DNA of 61,405 bases, the filler included, from Rhabdomonas costata (Eukaryota), in assembly GCA_019059605.1 (NCBI GenBank). It is 19 parts of 19 records of this genome, joined end to end, with 100 filler letters (N's around TTAATTAATTAA, not from the genome) between each part and the next. Parts side by side here need not be neighbours in the genome. Positions count along the whole stretch, not along the records: positions 1 to 3,144 come from JAHMHO010001300.1; positions 3,245 to 6,386 come from JAHMHO010001301.1; positions 6,487 to 9,627 come from JAHMHO010001302.1; positions 9,728 to 12,867 come from JAHMHO010001303.1; 15 more parts are not named here. One strand, 5' to 3'. Positions 1-9,787 of this stretch are shown here, piece after piece; the stretch's first letter is position 1, and each line of letters opens with the position of its first letter. The notes below the pieces were generated by a model, which was not told the origin of the DNA, made no database searches, and saw nothing but the letters and a program-made list of their open reading frames with translations. A program made the position numbers and the translations under genes.

Positions 1-226
1 GGTGTGTTGTGTTGGCTCTACCAAGCAATTTTTTTTGGGTTTTCTCGCTTGAAAAATGCATTTTCTTAATTCGGCGGGTGTACTCGCAGCATCCGGAGGT
101 TGCGGTTTTCCCATCTCCCGTGCTCATCCTGCTAAACCCATTTTACAAGAGGGGCTTCGCGTGTATTCTGGCATGTTGATTTGGAGGACATTCTGGTGGC
201 TGCAGTTATCCCATCTTCTGTGGCAG

Positions 227-1273
227 GCTTGAGCTGCTGCACGCCCCCTTGGCCACGGTGTTCCACATCGAGAACTCCCGCGGGGCTCCCCTGGCGGCGC
301 TCTCGCTGTACCCCAAGGAGGACGAGCTGTTGTTCCCCCCGCTGTCGAGGTTCCAGGTGAGTGGGCTTCGGCTGGGGGCCCCGAAGGAGGCGGATCAGGT
401 GTATTGGACCTACGTCGGGGGGCTCACCTGGAAAGCCCTTGTTAACCAGAAGGGTGGTGTCTTGCCGACGTGGCCAACATCCGAGGAGAAGGTTCATCGA
501 TGCATGCTACATGCTGTGAGGATGGCTTCTTTGAGTGACCACCCATTGCTTTAGTTCTTGTTTTCGCTTGGCACCGACACATTATGATGGGTTTTCGAAT
601 GTGTTCCATTTTGGTGCACTTACCTGTTTAGTTAGTAGGGACACTTCTCTGCCCTTCTTAACGACCGCAGACAGGCAAAGTAGACTGAAGACTGAAGATG
701 CTGGTTTGTTTGACAAGCAAACCCTTGACGCTGGTCCTGCAACCAAAATTTGAGGCAAATTTTGAGTTTGAGAGAAAATAGTCACCTGTTAACTCTCTTG
801 AACGATTTCCCTGGCGAGAGTGGGTGCAGTCCTGCCCGCTCTTTTTCTCCGGATTGTTGCTTAGGCGGACGAGTTTTTGGTGAGTGCGGTGGCGTTCGTA
901 TATGCCGAACCTGACATTCGGCACCAGCTTCTATTCGACGAATACGCTGAACGGTCTTCCTTTCCCTCCAGCTCTGCCCTGCTCCCCTCCCTTATAGTAG
1001 CGCTTTTATAGGGCAAACCGTGGTACGCTTCCTTTTTGGGACCGCGCTTATGCACGTTCTCCATACTCCCGGGGGGACTGAGTACTCAAGTCTGTGAAGG
1101 GAAAGAGATATGCCCCGCGAAGCTTGAGCTTTCTCATTTCATTTTCATTCATTTTCCGATGCTTGGTTGGAAGCACCGACAGCTCGACACGTTTGCTCAT
1201 CAGAGAACGCTTCCTTCTCGAACATGAGAGTTTCGTGCGCCCATCCGCTTCCGTGGCGCCGGCTGTCACCCAG
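227..1273 (+). CDS. Internal exons of a protein with an ADP-ribosyltransferase (ART, ExE-type) domain; partial
   Basis: Phase-compatible GT-AG exons 227-491, 865-953 and 1204-1273. The translation ATVFHIENSRGAPLAALSLYPKEDELLFPPLSRFQV matches the ART C-terminal motif S-x-[YF]-P-x-E-x-E-x-L-F-P-P. An alternative donor at 357 (CAG|GTGAGT) is possible. Confidence 0.7.
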
Positions 1274-3429
1274 GTTTGTTTTCTTTTCTTTTTTGTTTCC
1301 TGAGGCCTGGGAAGCAGCTAAGTCTCTCCCAGGAGGACAGCTCACCATGAAGACAGCCAAACAACACAAGCACCAATCCCAACCAGCTCAGCCGGCAGCC
1401 GCCCCAATTCAACGCATGTCACACACCCGCCACATCCCGCCGCACAAGATTCATAGGGACACCGTCACAAATAACTGTTGTGCTTGAAACTGCAGGGACA
1501 CGTAAAGTTAGCGCTTGAGTCGAGCATTGTTTTTTCTTCTCCTTTGGCCCCTGTTGCCGCGTCCCATGCGTTGATGTATGTACGGTAGCTACCCCTCACA
1601 TCACTCCTCGTCTCGTTCTTCTGAGATGAGGCACTCCGTGGCTGCTGCTAGAATTCTCTCTCACACTCAGAATAATCTCCGCCTGGGCTTGGTTTCGTGT
1701 TCCTTTAACGCTTGGCGGGCTTTCCGCTAGTTTCTAGAGATTACATTGCTCGACAGGGACATTAAGTTGCTGCGCAATAATATCCTCAGCTCCACGGCGT
1801 CGGAGACTTTCCAGTACTGTGCAGGATCGGCCCTTCTTCACAAGTGTAAAAACCTTGTTAACAGGAATTTTTGTAAACAATATATATTGACACTGGACCT
1901 CATTCATGTTAGCCGGAGTTTGATGAACGGTGGGCCTGCAGACGGTTTGCAGAGCGCCCGTTCCGTCCGTTTGCACAGCTGTTGGCACTTGATATTTTTC
2001 GTCGACGTTTGTTCGCATGGTCTGACGTGTGACTCACGTGTGTGTGTAAAACTTGCGCAAGTAGTGTGTAAAACACTTTTTAAAAGGCCGTCCTGGCAGG
2101 TTTCCATTTCGTGAACATATTGAAAAGCGCTGTCTTTGCTCGGATCGGACGGTCGAAGTGTCTGTGTCGGCAGATTTCGCTGGCCACTTACTGCTGTAAA
2201 ACAAACCGTGTCGACTACAGTCAGTGAAGCAATAGCTGGCATTGCGGAATGGCAGAACTCTTCTACATGTAGGGGTCTGAAGTGCGCTCGAGGCTATCCG
2301 GGACGTTGCATTTCGTGTGTGCTAGACACTGTCAACAATGTGATCTCCCCGTAAAGGGGCCGAACTTGGCCTAGACAAGACTCTATCCGGGCCGCCAGCA
2401 GGATCTGGTTTGGTGCACGGAACCTGAATTCTTTCACTTGTTTCACTCTTCACTATGGGGGCATTGAGAACTCCTAGGACACCCCCTATCTATTGGATCG
2501 CTAGAGATGACTAGAGATGAAGGGAGCGTTCTGCTGAAGGAATTCAATCCGTGCTCCTGTGTCCGCGCGCGTTCGTACCGCAGCTGCCGAATCTCGTTAA
2601 TGCTGACTTGGATCGGATTGAGATGCTAGTGGACGCTTGTGTGAGGAGATGGCAGGTCAGAGGTCCATAACTAATAAAAGGATGATTTCGTGTCACTTTG
2701 GCTTTTTGCGCACGCTTCTGCCTAGGGACCACCTCCTCCCGCGGGCAATCCGCTGAAGTCTGCTCCGGCACCACCGGAAGTGCACCTCCCCAAACAGGTC
2801 TCAGCAACGCTGGTGCACAGCTATCTTTGTTAACTGCATCACCGTCCTTGCTCTTCGGAGTGCCACCATGTACCACCACGAAACTCCTCGGAACACGTGT
2901 TTGATCGGATCTCTCCGCAAGCGAAGAGGCTGGGGGAACGAGAACTTCTCGAGATTGGATTTTCAGCTTATGCAGTTGTTTTTCTTGCAAGTGGAGCTAT
3001 ATTAATGAGCCGAGGACTTATATTGCGTCTCCTGGGGTATGTGTGCGCATTTCCGGCCCAGGAGCCACCTCCACCTGCAAGTAATCCGTCGCAGACTGCT
3101 GCAGCTTCCACGGAGGTGCTTCCACTGTCCATTCAACCCAAAAANNNNNNNNNNNNNNNNNNNNNNNNNNNNNNNNNNNNNNNNNNNNTTAATTAATTAA
3201 NNNNNNNNNNNNNNNNNNNNNNNNNNNNNNNNNNNNNNNNNNNNTGTGGTGGGGTGATGTTCCAAAAGGATAGGGCGGGCCTTGTTGGTCCCCCATTATT
3301 CATTTTTACACCTCTCGGATGGCTCTTTTTCCGTTCCATCGCTTCTTTGCGTGCTCCCCTTTGTGGCAATGATTTCTGTGGGGGTTGGCCGCGCGAAACG
3401 CGCATTTCGGCGTTCTGCTGGCTGTTTAG

Positions 3430-4132
3430 GTGCACTTGCTGCAGTTCAAGGGCTACCGCATCGAGCAGGTGGTCTCGTTCGGACTGTCTGAGGTACATGT
3501 GTGGTTTTTTTTTGGGGGGGGGTACGGGGGGTGGCCTTCGCACTTTCCCGTTTTTGTTCTCTGCGGGGAAATGGGCGTTATCCTGAAAAAATGCGCTATA
3601 GAATACTGCACTCATGGTTCGTCTGTGAAGACTTGTTGAATAATTGGCAGGAAAGCGCTCACTCATTGTTAGCCTGCCGTTCAACCGCCCTTAACGAAGT
3701 CCCTTAACAACCAGTTTCAGCCGCCCGCGCACCCGCCTCCCCCCTTCTCGCGCGAGGAGCTGCGGGACGTATATGTTGTTGAGCATAAACGCCGTGGACA
3801 AGAAAACAGCGCCAAGTTAGGTGAAATGTTCGCATAGTGTCTTCACACATTGTGTGATCGGACGCTGTGACCTCGGTGTCCAGGTGATCTTGCAGCTCCC
3901 CGAGGGCTTCCGCAGCGAGGACCTGGACCAGGACTTCCAGGAGGTCTTCTGGGTGGTGCAGTCGGTGCTCCAGGAGACCCCGCGAGTCACCGCGGAGCAC
4001 ATCCTGGGGCGGTTCCCCCTTATTTTCGACAAGCTTGGGCTTAGGAGGCCCGTTCAGGTGGCACAGCTGCTGCAGTACGCCTTCCCCGGCACGTTCGCCG
4101 TGGAGTACCTTGTGCAGCGGGGGCAGCAGTGA
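3430..4132 (+). CDS. Last two exons of a protein of unknown function (5' partial)
   Basis: Exons 3430-3492 (tag|...GAG|gtacat) and 3884-4132 (cag|...TGA) join in phase 0 with strongly GC3-biased codons: VHLLQFKGYRIEQVVSFGLSE/VILQLPEGFRSEDLDQDFQEVFWVVQ... Confidence 0.65.
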
Positions 4133-5232
4133 GGGAAGGATAGAACGAGAGAGGGAGAAAGGAAGTGGCCGCCGGCTTCCGAACGCGTTGTGCTGCTAGG
4201 TGTCGTGTTTCGGACTTCGAGTTTTCTTGGCACCTCTTGGGAACCCTTGGGACCCAGCGAACTCGTTGAGTTCGGCAGGGTAGAACGCAGCAACCCACTC
4301 ATCCCCCACCTTCTCCGATGCTGCGCTCTTGATCGGAACTGACTGATGTTTCCTGGAATTCTCGAATGCCGTTGGCCTTTGGCGCCCTGATCTTCTGCTC
4401 GTTCCAAAACGTGCCGTTGTGTGCTGTGCACGTATCTGCCGCTGGTGTTTTTGCGTTTCTTTCTCGGTTGTTCCCAATAGGGGCGCTTGTCTCTGGAAGG
4501 TCAGCCGAGGGTTTCTGGAGGTTTCCTCAAGCGGCGGATTTCGTAGCTTTCCCAACTTTCCTTTGTTTTTTTTGTTGTGCAAGGGTGCGTGTGGGTGTCT
4601 GTGTGTTGGGGGAGAGTTTGGCTGCCTTCAGCCTCGATCAATGTTGAGTTGATGTTTGGATTAGGGTGGGTGGGGTTTGGAGGAACAGTTCCACTTTCAC
4701 AGCCACTTCTTTGCCAACTGGAAGTGGGGTGCTTTTGTGCGCCTTGGTTCTGTTTTTGCGTTCTTCTGTTTGCGGATTTGCGCTGTTGGGCGCTGTTGGG
4801 TGCTCTTCGGGATTCCCGCAAGAGGGCATGAATCAATTTTTGTCTAGCTTTGCTGTGAGGATTCCTCGTTATCATGTTCCCGCAGCTGGGCGAAATTTTT
4901 GATGTAATTTTGCTTTTTTTCTTCGGACCTTTCACGGCCCTGGAGGCTGGATGTCCTTGCATAGCGTTGGTGCCTCTAGCGAGAAGGATTTGTGGACCCC
5001 ATTGAACCCGTTGGAACCCCCAGCATCCCTTTTCTAGGGCTTCGAAGGAAGCCCCTCCTCCAGCCTTTAGGACTCTGCGACTCTCCTTCAGCTCCAGAAA
5101 CCTGCAAACCTTCGTTACTGCCTTTCGCTGCCTCTTCAAGCATATGGGCGCTACAGCGGGGATGTACCCTCTTTCTCATTTCCAAAAGCATCCTCAGCAA
5201 CTCTTTTTGCGGCATTTTGCGTTGAAGACAAC

Positions 5233-5628
5233 ATGTCTCTCCCCTCCGCGGCGTCAACGGTGCAGCGGCCTCCCTCGGGCACCCCATCGACCCAGGGCGC
5301 GGGCGGGTCTTCCCACAACCCGTACATGGCGTCGCCCCCGCCTTTGGAGGAGCTGATCCCCCCTCACGCCCAGCCTTCGGAGGCTGCGATGCTTTCGCGC
5401 TTTAACAAGCAGCGCGTGATCCGAACCGTGCAGTGTGTGCAGTCGTTGTTCCCGCCCCCCACCGCGACGCCGGCCCAGACCGAAGACCCGACTCCCTCGG
5501 CGGAGGGGGAGGCATTCGCTCCGCCGAGCTATGCCCAGGCGCCCGACTCGCAGTGGGTTACTCCTCGAGGAGTACCCCGAGGAGCCCGTCGCAGGGGTGG
5601 GAGCCGCTCCGGCCGAGGGCTATGGTGA
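5233..5628 (+). CDS. Probable first exon or short ORF of a Pro/Ser/Ala-rich protein
   Basis: ATG at 5233, GC-rich coding-like composition (MSLPSAASTVQRPP...LSRFNKQRVIRTVQCVQSLFP). The 3' boundary and frame are uncertain and no family was recognised. Confidence 0.4.
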   Translation: MSLPSAASTVQRPPSGTPSTQGAGGSSHNPYMASPPPLEELIPPHAQPSEAAMLSRFNKQRVIRTVQCVQSLFPPPTATPAQTEDPTPSAEGEAFAPPSYAQAPDSQWVTPRGVPRGARRRGGSRSGRGLW

Positions 5629-6707
5629 GGTCTACGGAGCCGATTCTCCACATGCAATCCCTGCACAGTTCCCCTCGCAGGTGGTGTGACCTGCGCGCTC
5701 AACTCCCCTGCCCTTATGCCCTTGGGGCATGTGTAAGATTCTCACCATATGCGACACTTTGCTTTATTTTGCTCTGACAATATGCTTAGGTAATTGGAGT
5801 GATCGGGGTATCACTCCTCCTTTTGATGTGCTGTTCGGGCGTTTTAACCACGACAGGGGGGTTTGCGGAATTCTGGGGAACCTGAGTGTTGGTGGTGGAT
5901 AAACACGAGGTTCTCGCCCGGGTTCAGCGGATCATTAAGTTTGCGCAAATCCCCATACCCCCCCCCCTCCTCTGTCGGTGTTTCCTCTTCTTTCGCTAAT
6001 GCGTCGATTTGACGCGCATCCTCTGTGTTCACGTGGTGCCAACCTACCGTGTATTCCCCAACTCCCCTGGAACTCGCCTGTAACCCCTCACCGGGCTGCC
6101 CTGATCCGTGATCCTCACACTTCCCCGCCCTACCACCACACCCCTTTTGCTATTTCTGCCCATCCTCCCACTCCCTGTTTTTTGGGCAACCATTTACCAT
6201 GGTGAACAAGCGCTTCCCTCCGCCTTGCCTTGTCCGTAACTTCCCTTTTCCCCAATCTGTTGTGTGTCTCATTCGCGTTGCCGAAGGATGCGACTGCAGC
6301 TGAAAACGGGGGGCGACTACTAAGCAGTCAAATTACCAACTGATGCGCGCACTGATGTTCTGATGCTAAGATCAACATTCAATGCCNNNNNNNNNNNNNN
6401 NNNNNNNNNNNNNNNNNNNNNNNNNNNNNNTTAATTAATTAANNNNNNNNNNNNNNNNNNNNNNNNNNNNNNNNNNNNNNNNNNNNTTTCAAAGGCAGAC
6501 AGCCGACGGTCGATGAGGTTGTTTCTGTTTCTGCGGCATTCCGTCACGATCACCTAGAAGGTGAACAGCGATGAGTATCCAACGGCCAATTCGTCAGACA
6601 CGACAAAGGGAAATCAATGTAGCATTGCCAGAGGGGGAAAGTTTCGAACCTGAGGCGACCAGGCTGACTGAATGACGGTGTTGTTTCCCTGAAATGGAGA
6701 ACCACAC

Positions 6708-9260
6708 CTACACAATCACAACGACAGGCTTGTTGGTCGAAAATAAGTGCGACTCGAAAAAGCACCAAGCAAGAGCAGAGGTTTTTTCTGCTGATTTGCT
6801 TCGGGCGGGCCCAGCCCATTCGCGGTGGTTCACGGGAAAATCTGCCGTCACGCTCGCACTTAAATTACGGGGTCGTCCTACCGCAGTGCACGAGTGAGGC
6901 ATGAATCCCTGGAGAAACCCGGAAAGAACCACTTTAAAGGCGCACCTTTGGGTAGACGAATTTCTGCAGAATCCCTTTTGGCTTCTGTATTGTATTGAAG
7001 AGAAACTCCTGCGCATAAACAGAGGATTGATTGACGAGGGGGTCAAAAGCCGATGCCAGCAAAATTCTGTGCACAAGAAAGCAACGCGACCTTGAGCGAA
7101 ACCCGGTCGAAATATTGCACTAAACACAAAGGCTCATGCTCATCCTCAGAAGTATCATCGTGAGTCACGGAAAAGGCCAGGAACGAAGCCACCACATCTT
7201 GATCACTATGTGCCCCCTTTTTGAAGAGCTGGTAAATGGTGTTGAGCTCCACTTCCTTCCCTGAAAAAAATAAGATAAACCCACCACGAGAAACTTGAAG
7301 GGAAAAATGAACACGCGAGGTACAACTTCGATATTCGGACCGAGAGAAAATAGAACACGGAAAGGCAGAAGAATGCGGAAGAATCGCACTCAATTCAAAT
7401 TCAAATTAGCTATTTGCGATTACTTGTGAGGCATAGTGCTCAACATTTGCCGCACGCTTCGGATGGTGCATTGTGACCCGTTATATTATTACCCATTTGT
7501 GCCTGGGTTGGCCAGGATAGTTATACCTCGAAACCCAGAGGAGCGCATGAGAAAAAGCAACACCACACCAATCTTCTTCTTCACTCCGCCACCATCACAA
7601 AAGAACCAAGCCTTCGCAAAGCCTTGCTCGAAAAGGACTGTCGAAGGGATGTGAACCTGTGTGGTGCAGGGAGTACCCGTCAGGCGCCAGTGAGACACGA
7701 TTGTCGACGAGAAAGAGCATTACAAAACCTGGTAATTATTACACTTCCAAAACCATGGTAATGTATACGCAGTATTATGCCATGAAGGCAATGGGGGTTG
7801 TGAAAAAAAACAGCGCAAAAAACCGACTACACCCCCAAAAAACACGCCTTGGCACTTTCGAGTTGCTTGTTTTCCTTCGCCAACGCGTAAAACAGGCTAA
7901 ACGAAACGCCATCACCTGAGGCAAAAAATCACTTCCCAGAGGCTGAGGACCACAAAAGTGCAAATACGCAAAAAGTTCAAAATGCAAACCGTCCAAAGGG
8001 TGCGCCGTCTTGAAAAATGTCAGAAGATGCAGAAAACAACAGCTGGGCGACAGGACACGAAGCAAACACACCAGATGGTTAAATCGAGAGCAAGTTAGTA
8101 CCACAACAAATTCCAAAAAAAAAAAGGAAGGTAGTCGGCAGGTATGGACTGCCACAAAACCTCTCCTCATGAAGGAAACATTTCCTTCTGGAAAACGCAA
8201 ACTCGCTTACAAACCATGCCCCGACACCATCCACTGCCTTCCCACACGCCGTCCTCCACGGCAGGTTTTGTTTTGACTAACGAAGTTCCCTTTTGCCCCC
8301 TTGTTTTCACTTGCGCGTGCGTTTGAGTGGAAACTCGAGAGTAACCACTATAAAAAGGAAAAAATGCTGTCACCAACTGTCACCAACACTGCGTCACCAA
8401 CGCTGGGAGCAGTCGGGCAAAAGACTTGGAAAGATGGGGAGGAAAGGCACGCGCGGAAAGGACCTTAGGAGCCTCCAGAAGAGAAAGGGGTGGTTTGCAT
8501 CTGTGAACCATGTCACCAGCTTGTCACCAGCTCCGCATCATCCTCTTTCTCTTCTGAGCAGAAATGTGTACGTCAACGAACTCAGCGCGCTGCTTTTCGC
8601 TGGTGAACTCCTCGTGCTGAACTTTCACAGCAACATGAAAGTGTGGTAATCCACGCTTCTGAAACTCGATAGCTCCTGTGCAATATACAGCCTGAGCTCC
8701 AAAGCTTGTTCCATCTTTAAGGTCCTTTAGCAGCTGCAGCACGTAGGGTTCAAGCCAGGAACCCGAGAAGAAAGAAGGATCCAAGAAATCCTGGGAAGGA
8801 GTGAAACGCGAACCAGAGAGGATAGAGAAGCGGACAAAAGAGCCTCTACAGGATCTGTCAAACCCAGGCCTCTGCAAGACATGGGGAGAAATGCGAGCGA
8901 GAAAGAAGCGGGGGACAGGTCGAACCAGAGTCCAGAATGGATCCGAGGCGAAGCGCTATTGCACAGCGCAAGTCGGTTGCCAGAGTCAAGGCGGGAGAAG
9001 GCGGTTAGCAACGCAGGAGGTGAAAGAATTTACATGCTCTCAGCCAAGAGCGTAAGATCACCTCTCTCTCTCTGACCTTGTTAAACTTCTGGCGAACACA
9101 CGCACACACGAACACGCGAACACACGAACGTTCCGGAAGAGTGACGCCATCGACCCAAGGGACCTGGTGGAAACACCACAGCGCCCACCGAACAAAGGAA
9201 AAGGAAGAGGCAAACCCAGGGTTCTTGCCGCCGTACTTCCTACACGCTGCGTGTCTGCAC
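6708..9260 (-). mobile_element. Degenerate Helitron Rep/helicase region (rolling-circle transposon relic)
   Basis: Minus-strand LLKDLKDGTSFG..YCTGAIEFQKRGLPHFHVAV..FVDVHISAQ contains the Helitron HUH motif EFQKRGLPHxH (8635-8667). Colinear remnants: AACRKYG (~9230-9255), ELVT/MVHRC (~8495-8535), KWV..YN..ANVEHYASQVI (~7420-7500) and LAWCFFESHLFSTNKPVVVI (~6715-6775). Frameshifts and stops are present. Confidence 0.85.
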
Positions 9261-9787
9261 GTGTCGAGCAACCTTTGCCCTCCATGTCGTCGAAAACAGC
9301 GCAGCACTCAAAAGGTACGGGAAATTTTCCAGGAGTTTCCAGCTCAAAAACAATAGGAAAGGTGGGAGCGGCACAAAGGACCAAAAAGAGTATTTTTCTT
9401 GGAGCCGTACAGTACCCACGCGCGGCAGCGCTTGCGTGAGCTCCTTCAAGCTCCTTCCAGCTCCCCCCCCCAACGTTTTCGATCACCAAAAGAAAAAAAG
9501 AACCCAATAGCAACAAATTACAGTGTGGCATGCACGTAACTTAAACAAAGAAGAAACTCATTTTGGCCACTAACCCCAATGCCAACAGAAGTTCAGCAGG
9601 ATAAAGAATAAAAGGATAAACCAAAAANNNNNNNNNNNNNNNNNNNNNNNNNNNNNNNNNNNNNNNNNNNNTTAATTAATTAANNNNNNNNNNNNNNNNN
9701 NNNNNNNNNNNNNNNNNNNNNNNNNNNGGGGGGGTGGAGCATATGCGTCTCAGAAGGATAATTGCACCTTTCCCTTTTGAGACGCAT

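Noticed and set aside
3189-3200. TTAATTAATTAA recurring every ~3.2 kb, resembling a regular repeat array
   Set aside because: Always centred in 88 Ns. It is an artificial six-frame-stop linker, not a CRISPR repeat or a biological motif.
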